A stretch of DNA of 56,167 nt, counting the filler, from Basidiobolus ranarum (taxonomy: Eukaryota), in assembly GCA_040143965.1 (NCBI GenBank). It is 4 parts of 4 records of this genome, joined end to end, with 100 filler letters (N's around TTAATTAATTAA, not from the genome) between each part and the next. Parts side by side here need not be neighbours in the genome. Positions count along the whole stretch, not along the records: positions 14,091 to 28,066 come from JASJQH010007324.1; positions 28,167 to 42,118 come from JASJQH010007325.1; 2 more parts are not named here. One strand, written 5' to 3'. Positions 25,799 to 39,406 of the stretch are shown in pieces (position 1 is the stretch's first letter; each line of letters opens with the position of its first letter). Both the position numbers and the translations under genes were made by a program. The notes beneath the pieces are model-generated. The model ran no database searches. It had not been told where the DNA came from and saw nothing but the letters and a program-made list of their open reading frames with translations.

Positions 25799-26783
25799 TT
25801 ATTCAGTGCTTATGGAAAATGCACTGCGAATATTTGCAAAGACCATATCAAGAACCTCCAAGTCAAAAATGAGGCTATGCGTCCCCTCAGGTTGAACATA
25901 CAAAGTGGCAGTGGTCATGGTGGATTGGGTGTGCTTCACCGCCTCCAACGGGACTAAAGTATCCTTGTCTCCATGGTAGATATTCACAGGATAATAAATA
26001 TCCGAATAAGCAAATCCAAAAGAGTAGTGCTTCTCAAGACAGGCAATCACGTCAACAGCGTAGCTGCTTTTCTCCTTAGTGCTTATTTCCAGAATCTCCT
26101 GATATATGTTGGCCACACTTGGGGTGTATATTTTTTTTTCTTTATCACTCCATCCGTTGGTCAACATATTGATAGATCCTAAAGCAAGCGCTACCTTAGG
26201 AGCACATGACATCGCCATTAAGGAGGTTTTAAGCATACAATTGGGAAGGTTGCGTATAGTACGCAAGGTAGAGTTTGTAGTGGGTTCCGACAAGGTAATC
26301 CAAGGAGAGATTAGTTGTATAGGGCCAACGATCTTATCAGAGCACTCCAATGCAATTGCTAAAGCAAATATGGCCCCAAATGACTGCGCAATTAACCCAA
26401 ATTTATCAATGCTGAGGACATTGACGAGCTGAGAGATGATAGCTTGAGTCAACAAAGCACAGCTAGTTTAGTTTTCTTTAATTCCAGCGTTTGCTAAATG
26501 AAGAATAAAACCTACTTGGCCAATTAAGAGGGCGTCTTTCCTCTTCGGTGAATTCGTCTGAGAGGCCATTGCCAGGTCTGTCAGGTGAAATAAGTTTCAG
26601 ATTATGCTTTGCCAACATTTCACTGAATACCATTGGTATTAACCGATGACCAGACAGTCCTTGCATGAATATGACGGGAAATCCATCCTCAGGTCCGACT
26701 ACTGAATAGCTTATTACGTGACCATCTGCTACAGTGAAGACTCGGTCAATCCCAGCAGAGGCAAGAGAGTTGGTTTTTGTCAT
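25799..26783 (-). CDS. Alpha/beta-fold hydrolase (2 exons; intron 26515-26443)
   Basis: PVIFMQGLSG oxyanion region, ISPDRPGNGLS, nucleophile elbow AQSFG, YHGDKDTLVP and catalytic His in EGTHSL. Confidence 0.9.
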
Positions 26784-27630
26784 TAATTATATCTTGAAGT
26801 TTATTATCCATAAACTACATATACCCCTTTTAGCCCTATGCCCCGACTTTATTGATATTCCAATCTATAGATTTTTCCAATTATTTTTCTTATATTGGCA
26901 ACTTAAAAGCCCAGTTTACCTAATTCTTACTATACCAGCAAGAAGCAGGACAACTAACTTGCATGTAACATTTCGACAAATGTGGTAAAGGCGTCTACAT
27001 TGCAATCCGGACCAGAATATTGCACAACTGAGCATTATTTCTTGGCATGAATGCATATGGGTGTTGGGTGAAACATCATTATGATGCTGTATAGTTCTCA
27101 TCAGATCTACCCCATATTATCACTACAAATGTTTGGTACGAATCCATTAGCTCCAATATCAGACTTTCCTTGCAATTAGAATTAAGCAGCACAACCACGT
27201 TAAATACTCTGTTAGTTATGATGTCTGTTTGGGGAGTGGCTGTGACGAGTTATTCCCGGTAACAGTCTCTTTATTGGCTAAGTATATATCAATATACCGA
27301 CAGTTAAGCTTACCCTGAGTATAGATAGCATGCAAAAACCTATATTATTTTTTCAGATTGATCAACCTACTGACTACAAAGATATAGAAATTTGTCATAA
27401 TTGGGATGAGTTGAAGTCCTTGAGGATTATTGGAAGTAATATGTGAAGCACCCTTATTACTTTATTGTATTGGGAGTAGTGTTTACATTTGCCAAAAACA
27501 AATTAAAATATCTATAAAGTTGTGTTACCAGGAAACCAAAGAGATGAAGGGAAATGTTACAAGCTATTTGAGCTGTGACCTTTCTCAGCATTTCTGAGAT
27601 ATATCCCAATTGGGTAAAATAACAGTACAC

Positions 27631-27957
27631 TATCTGTTGAAATTAGTTTTGCCTAAACACCTATATAGTTATATATAGCTTAGTACTTAGTTATCTTATA
27701 TTGAACTATGATATTATCCATTATTCTCAATTGGAATTTACTTGGAATATTTTTTTACCAACTTAGAAGCTCTTAGCTATATAGATTTTTCAAACTTGTG
27801 CTAGAAGCCCCAAACTTTGCACACATGCTCCTGGGACCTTTTGAATACATTCTACATGTTAGTCTGCTTACATCTTGAGAAAACTATAAATGTCAACTGA
27901 ATACTCAATAAATCAACAAGTGAAAACCACCTATTTCTCTAAATCTCCAAACTACCT
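27631..27957 (+). repeat. Dispersed non-coding repeat, copy A (homologous to 37752-38075)
   Basis: Colinear blocks shared with copy B: tgttgaaa, gcctaa.cacctat, attgaacta.gatat, tgctaga.gccccaaac, aaaactataaat, ataaatcaa.aagtgaaaac.acc.atttctcta, tctccaaac. Confidence 0.85.
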
Positions 27958-28066
27958 TGCTTATGCAATCACCATTGCATTATCAATCTACTTCGGGATA
28001 CGGAACGCAACGCAACATAACGGCTAATCTTCACAATTTAGTATATATTTTCCTGATTCCCTGATC

Positions 28067-28166
28067 NNNNNNNNNNNNNNNNNNNNNNNNNNNNNNNNNN
28101 NNNNNNNNNNTTAATTAATTAANNNNNNNNNNNNNNNNNNNNNNNNNNNNNNNNNNNNNNNNNNNN
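28067..28166. other. Artificial contig spacer
   Basis: 44 N + TTAATTAATTAA + 44 N. Confidence 0.97.
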
Positions 28167-29538
28167 TAGGCTAAACCAGATGAGCAAAAGGCACCGATTA
28201 ATGCGTAAGTTTTTCCTAAGTCGGTGATAAATACGGAAGAGGTAATACACAAGAAGAATAAACTGATCGTTGTAAAGAGATGTTCCTTTAGTGTGGGCAA
28301 TTTTGTTTCAGTTTCAAAGGCAAGTAGAACATTCATGGTGGATCTCGCTGGGTAAAACTAATGGAGGTTAGGGTGGGGCTGTTAGGGATAGAACTCGGAT
28401 TCTACTGTACCATCATTGGGAATGTGAGTATCATACTGATGATCATGCATAATCTGGCGAAATTAATGTATGGATCACTGTAGGGAAAACTCATGAATAT
28501 ATTATCCTGAACCTGATCTCCAAATGAACTATATCCAACGATGGCGAATGAGAGAAAGCATAGAAGTGAACCACCAACGGCCAATCCGGTGGTGCTTTTC
28601 CATCGTTGAAAATTGGCATTTGACAGGCTAAGGTAGTTCATAAATGCCACCGGAGTAGTAACGTAAGAGAAACTCATGATACCTAAATTGCATTCAGTAC
28701 CTATTTGGCTTTACCATTACACTGACCAGTATATTTACCAATGGCTGGGAATACGTTGTCTCCAAACCAATTATACTCCGTGTGATGCTCCTTGGCATAC
28801 AAAGGAGCCCTTAATCCAATAATTATGGATATTATCGGGAGACAGATAGCCGAAATAACTGATAGCTTTGCAAGTGGGCTGGGCGTACGCCAGAAGCATA
28901 ATGGGAACACTAATAGTAGGGATGCAGTAATGATTACCCGGCTTCGACTCTGAAGTATCTCCATATTCGGGAAATACATTTGCCCAAGTAAGGGCAATGT
29001 GTCACCAACAACTAAGTTGATCTTTAGATACTGTAATAAAAATGAATTTAGAAACTCCTACTAACTCATCAAGTACGTAATGGCACTTCCGAAGCAGTCC
29101 ACCCAACTGATAAAGTTCAAAATGTAGAATGCGCATCGACCCAGAGAATACTCGGCAAGAAGACCATATTGGTAAATGTGCGCCTTTCTTCCTGAGTGGA
29201 CGAGGATGTTCAGCGATATATGCGTAAGGTAGGCAACAAGGGAAAGAACGATGATCCCTGTGAAGAAACCGGCCTCTTTGACAGCAAAAGGAAGTCCAAG
29301 AGTACCTGAACCAATAATACAGTTTAACAGATTAAAAGAAACTACGATTATTGAGGTTAGGAAGTTATGATCAAGCAGAAGTGGATGCTCTATACCACTT
29401 ACCTTCCAGGACAGATGAAGTGCCTACATCGATTGTAGATGAGGCTGATAGAGAATCAAGTGACTCGGTAGTTGAGGAGCGAGACAATTTTGCATATTCA
29501 CCTGTAACGATCACAATTTCCTGAGCATCTTTGGCCAT
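28167..29538 (-). CDS. Amino acid/auxin permease (AAAP/SLC38, Avt2-like) transporter, multi-exon, 3'-truncated by spacer
   Basis: Spliced SFNLLNCIIGSGTLGLPFAVKEAGFFTG, VGDTLPLL...PLCFWRTPSPLAKLS, FAIVGYSSFGDQVQDNIF...LTFPM and TDLGKTYALIGAFCSSGLA. ATG at 29538. Confidence 0.9.
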
Positions 29539-32407
29539 TGGTGGAAATGGAATTAAGGATGTTGGAAAAGATACACAGAATCTAGAGTCGATACTATCAA
29601 AGCAGAGTCATCCCAGTACTCTCTTTATAATTAAAAGTGCGAAAAATACTGTTCGAGCGACCAAGTCATCCCCGATGAACAGTGTGCACAAGTTATTGCT
29701 ATTTTTAGTTTAACTATCGGATAACCTCCGCTTATGTCGTTTCCTTCCATGTGATCTTTCTAGCGTATAGCAATGCTTTGCACCCCGAATGATACCCATT
29801 GCTCAGTCAACACCCCTCACCATGGCATAAACAAAATTCACTTGCTCGTTCACAAAGCACGTAGTCGTGCATGTGGTAAACATCATCAAAATCACACTAC
29901 CATCTTATTGGTGCTACCAGGGTGGCCATGCATAGGTGGGTGTTGGAATATAGACAATGATGACACTAAGATTTTAATCGCTATTGGTAGCAAAATTGAA
30001 TCTTTTGAACACTATCAAGCCTTGGCAACAATTATGACTAAGACAGTGCTGGTTGAAGGTGATACTTTGTCAATCGAGTTTATACTACCAGAATTGACGG
30101 GCCTGGTCGGTGTGGCCCAGGTAATATTAGTCATCGCATAATGGAAACCAGCAAAGTATAATATATATTCCTGTTGGAGAGTCAACTTGCGGTTATATAA
30201 ATTTATAGTCTTGCAGTAGTAATCCGATTGATTATAGGAATGGTGCTGCATTGTTAATCGCTATAAATGATATAGACACTCACGGCTATTGCTGTGATCA
30301 ACTGTAGTAGTAGGAATATTGGGGAGTATCACTTGGCCAACCGTCATATGATTAACATGTTAAAACGACATCTCTATTGTATAGTTGGTACTCCGCTAGT
30401 TAGGCTATTAAAGCGTATATCATTCATAAAAGCTACTATATATTCTAAAGAAGAATCTGCGAGAGAAAGGCAGTGGTCTCATTACAATACCAATGATTTA
30501 CATACGAGCAATTTCCGAACCGCTTCAGCTGACTCTCCACCTATGATCACAATCTCCTGCAACTCCTCTTGACTAACTAATCCATCTCGAAGTTATGGAT
30601 AGTGAGAAAAGTAGTTGGTCGAGGGGCAGACGCCGATTATCCATTTGCCAGATTCCATTTCGCTGCATGTCATGAGCTTTTGAAGGTATATAAATGGGTA
30701 TCAATCCAATTTAAGAAAACTGTTTGACTTGGCCTAATCGATCCTATAGCTCACATTAGATTGACTTTGCCCGCTCTGCACTATTGGTTAGTAGCAATCG
30801 GGATGAGAGTACGGAACTCGATCACTCTTGAGACATATCACATAATCCACCCACTTCCTGAGGACGCTCGGCAACAATACCAGTGCCTTTGCGTTAGTAA
30901 ATGTATGAATCACTGAAAATGTTGGTCATTACTAAGCCAAATATACCACTACTAGCACTAAATCGGTTAGACTAGCAATACTCATAAGCTGCAATGGTAC
31001 GATCCAAAATGAAGTCATGCTGGATTAACCGAGTTAGAAGTGCATAGCAAACCAATGGCTCCGTGCAGATGATGGCTCCTCACGTGACCCGGTATATGGC
31101 ATTCCCCAGCACTATATGATACTAACATTTAGACCGCTCCATGATTAGAAAGGAAATGCCGAAGCAATATGACGATCACACGCTGCCTTGCTAGTGAAGA
31201 TTTTAGGGTACGCCTCGTTCAGTCGTCGACCGCGTCAATTGGCCTTGACGCTAAACCTTATGCTATACTTTTACGATTCTTGTTTCGATGGAATTGCCAT
31301 CTGGTTAGCCGACTCAGTTTCAACTCATTGTTGTGTCTTGGCTCTATGATTCATCAGGAGTTAGTGAGAGTGTGCAGTCTAATAACCATCTCCAGAACAC
31401 CTGCAATTGCTGCCACTTGTACCATCAGATCCAAGCTTGGGCACAGAAAATCGGTGGGTTTCATTGGCATGAGGTCACCCTAGGAAAGCCATATGTATTT
31501 GTAGGAATTTCGAAGGTCATTGATTAAATCGCAGATTCCACTCATTGTTTCATTATTGCATCATATTCTGCCTGGATAATTCAATCTGTGCTGAGCAATT
31601 GGCCACATACCATCCTCACCCTCACCTATAGCCTTCCAAGTCAATTGTTACACAGCCGAAGTGGATTATTATTGATACAGATACCATTTCATTTACATAT
31701 ATGTCTACACCGCAAGTAAGACTATTTTGGAAATGGAGCCCGGCTAAATGAGTCCCCGACACTCAGTAGAGACTGTACAGGGCCCTTGCTGAACATCAAT
31801 TCTTCCACTACCACTTAGTGTGCATACTACTCTGCAACGCTCTTGGTGAACGAACACTCAACCCAAGTGCTAACATATGATGTCATTGAGTGCTCGGTCG
31901 AAGGCTTCCAACCATTGGTGAGACCGCATCGCATCCAGTGTTTATTCCGATTATGATTACGATTCAGTTTATCTAACTTTCTCAGTAGAATTTCATGAGA
32001 GGCCGTGGCCAATCACCAGCGAGATCAGCTCTTTCTTGATATGGAAGTTCGTTTAATCTTGACAACTCATGCATAGAGCAGCTCTTAAGCCCAATCTCAA
32101 ATTGAGGTCATTCAAACACTATAATCGGTGGGTGGGAGCTTGATGGCATGGTGATGTCATCAGGCAACAAAGTGTGATCGCAAAATTGGCTCTAACGTTT
32201 TTCGCTCATGATTACAGTGTTGATCCTCCTGTGAGTGGCTAGTAAGTGATGCGAGCGGATATAAAGGACGGGCTCACCCATTCCGAACATTAGTATTCAT
32301 TTTGGCTTTGTATTTCCCTTTGGTATTCTCATTTCCTTCCATTTGATCGAAGTTTTCTGTAAACATCCATACATTCTATACATCTCCCCACTTTAGTGAG
32401 AATTTCA

Positions 32408-33475
32408 ATGTCCAAAACACTCTTCGAGATTCAGACTCCACACGACACTTTTTGTCACAACTTGCACAACTGGCGAGATGGTCTCACCATAAAGGGAAAC
32501 CTTCTTCTCTCGCCTACCACTTCGCTCTCCCTAAGTCAAATCAACCTCAAATTTATAGGTCGTTTGATTATCAAACAAGATTTTCAAAAATTCGACAAGA
32601 TTTTGATAGAGAAGTCATGGAACTTCATTCCAGAGCATGAGACTTCACGAACATTCTCTCCACAGCCTCACTCTTTTGGATTTCAGTTCGAGCTACCAGG
32701 GGACCTTCCGGAATCCCTTAACACTGACAATTGCAAAATTGAGTATTCCTTCTTTGCTACTGCCAAGACCTCCCTTTTTCGATCGAATTTAAAGACTCGA
32801 AAGAACATCACCGTACGTAGGATCATAGGACCCATCCTGGGAACTGATTGTAGTACACGTCGTCAAGGCGTTCACAAAGATCTAGTTGCATACGATATCT
32901 CCATCCCCGCACTAGATTTTAGCCATGGCGATTGCTTCCATGTCAACTTCAAATTCCACATGTTAAAGGAAGGAGTACAGCCCAAATTTATCGCGTGTGG
33001 ACTAAGAGAACGGGTGGTATATCGAATCCCAATGGAAGAATCCTACACTCATAAAATCTCCGAGGAATCCTGGGTCATGGCTACCATTGAATCATATAAT
33101 TCGAACGAAACGGAAAAGACCTTACTCATGCAAGTACCCAAATCCGATGGTAAGGTTCAGTACAGTCATCAATCAGATTTCGTGGAAATCTCTCACTATC
33201 TCTATGGACAAATTCAATTCGCTGATGTAAATGTTGAGGTCAGCTTCCCCGTGTTGATCGCGAGACATGAAGCGATCACTCCTGAGTTACCTCCTGCCTA
33301 TGAAGATGCCCATATTTTCCCACCACCATATCAACAGAGATATATCAAAAATACTGCACCCAGATTGGATCAATATCCTATGCTTCCCAAGCCTATCGTC
33401 ACAGTCGTTAGTCGATCAGTTAAGCAGGCTAGACGAATGTCGCTATCCAATCCCATCTCTATCCTAACTCACTAA
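32408..33475 (+). CDS. Alpha-arrestin (ART/Rod1-like ubiquitin-ligase adaptor), intronless
   Basis: Arrestin-N pattern HSFGFQFELPGDLPESL...IEYSFFA, arrestin-C ISHYL, and C-terminal PY motifs LPPAY and PPPY. First ATG at 32408. Confidence 0.88.
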   Translation: MSKTLFEIQTPHDTFCHNLHNWRDGLTIKGNLLLSPTTSLSLSQINLKFIGRLIIKQDFQKFDKILIEKSWNFIPEHETSRTFSPQPHSFGFQFELPGDLPESLNTDNCKIEYSFFATAKTSLFRSNLKTRKNITVRRIIGPILGTDCSTRRQGVHKDLVAYDISIPALDFSHGDCFHVNFKFHMLKEGVQPKFIACGLRERVVYRIPMEESYTHKISEESWVMATIESYNSNETEKTLLMQVPKSDGKVQYSHQSDFVEISHYLYGQIQFADVNVEVSFPVLIARHEAITPELPPAYEDAHIFPPPYQQRYIKNTAPRLDQYPMLPKPIVTVVSRSVKQARRMSLSNPISILTH

Positions 33476-34833
33476 AATCACCAGAGGCACCATTCATACC
33501 GTACATAATCCGCTCTAAAAGTGACAATATGCCATGAATGTGGGTGTTTGGATACATCCATTACCGACAGAAGTGCATGGGACCCCACCCACATATGACT
33601 ACATAACATCGTGATTCCTTCGTCATACCGTAAACTACTACCTCACACACTATCTAACCCTAACGCAGAAATTTTGCCTATTCTTTAACCCAAACCCATG
33701 TTGTATTTCTTTGTATATATACTATCCAGATGAGCCATTATTTTCACTTCCCCTCCTCTTCCCCCATATCACCTCCGACGGTCATATACTTGATACGAGG
33801 ATATCTTTTTTGACTTACACACCACACTCAGCATTATCGTTCATTGAAAACATGTACTATAGATATATCTAAGCACACCATTAAAATAATCCACATTTCT
33901 GAAGCAAACAAAAAGTAGAGATTGGCTGTGATTACTATTGGTATTGTGATTGATAAGTCCATAGATGAGAGAACCGCTCCCCGACTTCCAATTATATCAT
34001 ATAACTTACAGTCACATTACGGTGTAGTGTGCGTTGCATTAATAGTAAATTGATGTACTTATTTATTTACTTTATATAGGATATTAATATCATTGGAAAT
34101 GCGATGAGGATACCTTTCCAATTTAGTTCGTGGATCAAGACTGCTTTATGAGAGAGGGGTGATGGTGGTGGTGATGGTAATGGTAATGGTGATCATGAAG
34201 TAATTTGAAAGCGTAAAATACATCATGATGGGCGATTAGAAGCGGTCATATGATGATAAAGAAGATGTCCAATCGGATTTAGTTACTAATATTTACATAT
34301 GAAATTGAAATAATCATCGAATTCATAGGAATTAAATGATATTAAAAAAATTGAACGGAAAGATGAATTAAATAGCTGCGATTTTTCATTGGGGAATTGT
34401 CCAATAATATGGTGGATGACCCGTCTAGCCTGATTGATGCATTTGGTTGGCTCTAATTAGTTACTGGAGAACCCTCCTCGATTTATTAAATCTTCTAGGT
34501 CGATAGTTAGGACTTGGTTGAACTGGGTCAGGATACTCGAGTAAACAATTACTAGAAATGGTGATGATTGGATGGTGGCATCATAGAATGTGACCGCGAA
34601 CATGGTGAATGCTTTAATAGCAGGTAATGCGGAGAAGTTCGATCGTTTCACATTCGAGTGTGGTGGATCGATTCGATCATAATCACATTCAATGTTGATA
34701 ACTTTAATCTTTTGGATTTTACTTGAAATGTGATAACGATGCCAGATAAATGATGAGACGTGTGGTAGAAATTTTATTTAAGAATTTAGCAGTTCGCTTC
34801 ATGGATGATCGAATCGGTATAGCAAGGATTCAA

Positions 34834-36529
34834 TTAATTAATCACTTCCTGTACAGATTCTATCAACTTCTCGATACCTATTTGATTATCTTCTTTGGTG
34901 ATATTGAGAGGAGGAATCAAACGCATGGTGTCGTAGATAGATGTGGTTAATACCAACATATCTTTTTGGAAGCAGTGTTGTGCCACCGCATCGCTTACTT
35001 TGGAGTTCAACTTCTTTTGTAACTCCTCTAGCCCCTTACCATAGAATTCCAATCCAACCATCAATCCTGCTCCACGAATATCCACTTGAATATCTCGCTT
35101 GTTTAATAATGGTGGAAGTGCTTCATTCAATCTTCCGAATATTTCCTGTGATCGTGCGGCGACGTTTCCAAGTAAATCCTCCTCTTCCATTACCTGCAAT
35201 GTCGCAATAGCGGCAGCACAAGAGACCGCATTGCCAGAATAAGTTCCTCCCTATAATCAATTTGTAAGATAATGCCCTTGAATTACTCAGTTACTAAGAG
35301 AGTTTACCATCGAGCCGGGTGGTTGTTTATCCATAAGTTCCTTACGACTGACGATACCAGAGATCGGGAAACCAGAGGCGATACCCTTTGCCATTACCAT
35401 GATATCTGGTACGACATCAGCATGCTCAATGGCAAAGTATTTTCCTGTACGCCCAAAGCCACTCTGTACTTCATCCGCAATCAAGAGAATGTTATGCTTG
35501 TCGCATAATTCTCGCACCTTTTGAACGTATTCTACAGTATTAATTGTTATTAGAAGAATGCCCGGCTGTAATGTTATGGTATATCTGGTTACCCTTGGGT
35601 GGGACAACGTATCCTCCTTCTCCTAGTACTGACTCCATGATAAGGGCGGCAGTGTCAGAGGGTGCTGTCTGCTGCTTTAATAATAACTCAAGTTGTTCAA
35701 TTGCGTATTCCGTGGTTAAATCATGTCGAAGAGAATCTTGGGAGATGCCTTTTTGAGTGGGCGAATGAAGGGTATACGGGAAGGGAGCAACATAAACACC
35801 TGGCTAAGTAAAATTACACTTAGTTCTCTATTAGGAAATATGAGATATCAACCGAAAACAGGGTTTTACCATGAGCGGTCCAAATCCAGAACCATAGATG
35901 GTTTTAGAGGTAGTCAAAGACATTGTTCCAATAGTACGTCCGTGATAAGAGCCTAATATCATCAATTATCTATTAGCTGTGAAGTAGAGGTTGTAGACAG
36001 AAAGATTCCTACCTTGCATAACAATGACATTGTGCTTTCCAGTAGCGTGTCGAGCAAGTTTGATAGCTGCTTCTACAGCCTCTGCACCGGAATTCCAAAA
36101 GAAAAAAGTGTCTAATTCTTTGGAGGGCATAATGGGCTTCAACTTCTCGATGAGCTTGATCATGGGCTCATGGAAAAAGATGTTCACCTGCCGTAGTGAT
36201 CAGTATTATGAGAGCAAAGTTGAAAAATAATAGGATTTACCTGGCCATGAATCAGATTACCAATCTGGTCTTGGGCGGCTTTGACGACTTTTGGATGACA
36301 GTGACCTAAGGAAAATGAGTCAAGTAATTGTTCAGGTGGAAGGTAAGTTGTGGCGAGAATTACCAGTGCTGGTTACTCCAATTCCTGTAGTAAAATCCAG
36401 ATATTTCTTTCCTTCTACTGTATAAACATAAGAGCCAGCAGCTTTGGAGATGACAAGGTCTGTAGATCTACCAATGCCTCTGGCAATATGTTTGAGGCCT
36501 AGAGTACGTAATGTGTTTGAGCTAGCCAT
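34834..36529 (-). CDS. Class-III PLP aminotransferase (4-aminobutyrate/acetylornithine aminotransferase-like), 7 exons
   Basis: YLDFTTGIGVTSTGHCHPKV, NSGAEAVEAAIKLAR, SYHGRT, ESVLGEGGY, LIADEVQSGFGRTG, PLP lysine in MAKGIASGFP, GGTYSGN and IRGAGLMVG. Confidence 0.95.
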
Positions 36530-37751
36530 AGTAAAGGTAGGTTTGTTTGCTTTCGAAGTTCTTTACACACTCTTATTGCTGATCATGATGGGGTGGGAGA
36601 GTTTTTTCATTATGTCAAGTGGGACTGCATTACGTCGAGTACAAGACACGATATCATGATTGGATAATCAATACTAGTCATGGAAATCCCTAGTTTTCTC
36701 AAAAGGAAATATTAGTATAAATGATGTAGATCTGCAGTTGTGACGAATGCAATAGTAACATCGATGATATATTATTAACCGAATTGGAAGAATGAAACTT
36801 CCGGTATAGTCACGGTGTATGGGCGAGCACATGAGTGGCGACGTCTGGTTCCTTGTATGAGTCACATATGGCTCCATAAAACCACAAGGATTATTAGAAT
36901 ATTTAGTGTTGAATCTGTCTCATTTAGCTATATTGAGTAAATAGATGCTAAGCCACAAATACACTCGGACCGTTTTTCATAGGTTTAGCTGCACTTGTCC
37001 TTTGATTGGCATTTTCTTGTATAGATCTGGGTATTTTTCTATTGTTTGGTAATTGAATGGGTATAGCAAATACATAATATGCACACATACACATTTGAGT
37101 GTAGTGTATGGACTCTTTAGGTGCTGTATTCAAAGCAAACTCAGATTGAAGCTCTCTTTCAGTTTTATCAGCGAATATCTTCATATATCAAGCGAACTGA
37201 TATTGAAGTTTGGGTTTTTAACTTTATCCATCCATTTTATCATAAGGCTAAGATTATCTAAGCAAATATTACCTATTTCAAAGTTAAAGCTTATATTTAA
37301 GATGAATGATCATTATTACAGACCTAAGTTACCCAAATTAAATTCAGGATGGCCCATTTCTCTCTTAATGGTTTTCTAAACTTAATCTCATCAAACATAT
37401 TCAGCAATACCATCCAAAGTACAAATACAATATTTCTTGTCCTTGTATATAAATAATTCAAGCTCATAATTACTTCACATCATATTCCTATTTTAACAAG
37501 CCTTAAGTTTCTTCAAGTACCAGCTCCAAAGCTCAGAATGAATACCAACCATCTCCATGCTAGGTTTACAGCATCTATATGCAAACCTGAGAATATACAC
37601 AGTTATAGCAAGGGCGATTTTTTTAGCCTTATTGACATGATGTAGCTGTATTCCAACTGATTAAGAAATTAAAGATGTATTTTTTTTTGTTATGTCTATA
37701 TTGATATAAACTGAGCTTCATTCATTAAATTTGAAGTATATGTCAGAGGTG

Positions 37752-38075
37752 TATTTGTTGAAAATAGCATAGCCTAAGCACCTATGTAGGTATCTACAGC
37801 TCAGTATTTAGTTATTCCACATTGAACTAAGATATCACGAACTATTCGAATCACAATCTACGCAAAATATTTTTATTAACTTGGATGTTCTCAGATATAT
37901 TCAATTTTCAGACTTATGCTAGAGGCCCCAAACAATGTACACATGTTTCTAGGACCTTCCTTAAACATTCTAAACGTCTTTTTGCTTACCTCTTGACAAA
38001 ACTATAAATTTCACTTTCGACTCTATAAATCAATAAGTGAAAACTACCAATTTCTCTAGCTCTCCAAACCACTTC
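37752..38075 (+). repeat. Dispersed non-coding repeat, copy B (homologous to 27631-27957)
   Basis: Same colinear blocks as copy A, same orientation and near-equal length. Confidence 0.85.
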
Positions 38076-39406
38076 CAACAGGCTCCCAAAATACTTCAAC
38101 AATTTCAGAGTGAGAAACTACATTGCCATTTGTCAACCATAACTTTATATATTGGATCATACCTCCGCTATCAAAAAGGAGTTTCTATTTTGCAGTAAAT
38201 TGCGCAGTTCTCACGACACTGGGAAATTATCAAAAAGAACAGTCAATTAATATGCAATCATCTAGTAATATCATCCTTAGTCTAACTTGGTCGTAGCTAT
38301 AGCTCCCATTCGTTGATTGGAGGGAAGTTCTATTCGCTTGCTTAGTGTTGAAGTAACAATACTGAAAGATTATCTTTGCAGAAACTGATATGGAATAAAT
38401 CCGGAGAGGTAATAGAATAAGTCGTATAAATCCAAATAACTGCCATGTATACCTATAGTAGAGATTGTTCGCCAGGATAATTTAGCTTCGCTATTCCTTA
38501 TACTACGAATATGTGGGCACATTGTAAGTTCCAGAGGTGACATGGGATACATTTCTTGTTTGACGAACTCCGCCTTTGGGTAGTATACTTGAATGAAGAA
38601 GGAAAGAAGATACCATTCTGGTAGATTCTAAACAAGTATTTCTTCGATTCAACGCATGGTTCATCATCAATTACACATATAAAGCAATGATAATCCAATT
38701 TGACTAAATTTTAGCCACACTACACCGGTAGCATTTTGACGGGAATCAATATAGATTAAGCTCCCACCCCATGAAAACACCACCCTAATTGGTGTTACTT
38801 GGCGTATGATGATGTGTGATATTCTAGAGAGACCTTGGTATTTGATGGCTCTATAGCAGGATCTGAAACTAGCTTGACTGTTGTGGCGAATGTGAATCAT
38901 CTCATCCAATTTAACACTAGCTACGCTGAACCGAGTCTAACCCTACAAGATGTCTCACTAATGCTAAAAGCACCGGGGTGGAAAGATGCTCGCAATTTTG
39001 CTATTAATAACTGAATGCAACCCCTTCAGTGCGAATGTCTCAAATCAAAGTATTAAGCAACGGTTGTACAAACTCACCAGATTCCTTGATCCATCATTTA
39101 ATGCTGTTTAGAGTACTCGGAAATGAAATGACTCTTCTCTGGGCATCCAGATTCATTGAGCTTTGACATGCCCTTAGAATGCAACTATAATTATCGTTGC
39201 TCAAAACATACCTCTGAAATATCCTGATCCCGAATCGGCCATTTACGGAAATTCAAAATGAATGAGACATCTTCCCAAAGGGGGAACAATTCTGTCAAAT
39301 TTAACATGTATTGACAGATATGATGCGGAACAAATGATTCAATAAATACAATGGATATTCCTTCACCTCATTATCAGTTCCAATTTCTTTTACAACATCC
39401 TCAGCC

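Noticed and set aside
10606..26783. A dedicated cell-wall or biosynthetic gene cluster (GH16s, GPI-like proteins, rhomboid, RTA1, hydrolase)
   Set aside because: The GH16 pair is separated from the rest by an artificial spacer, there is no backbone enzyme or shared promoter motif that I can see, and co-location alone is insufficient.
38370..38910. Short ORFs upstream of PCK1
   Set aside because: 60-80 aa with no motifs or consistent splice structure. Could be eroded sequence, but I cannot support a call.
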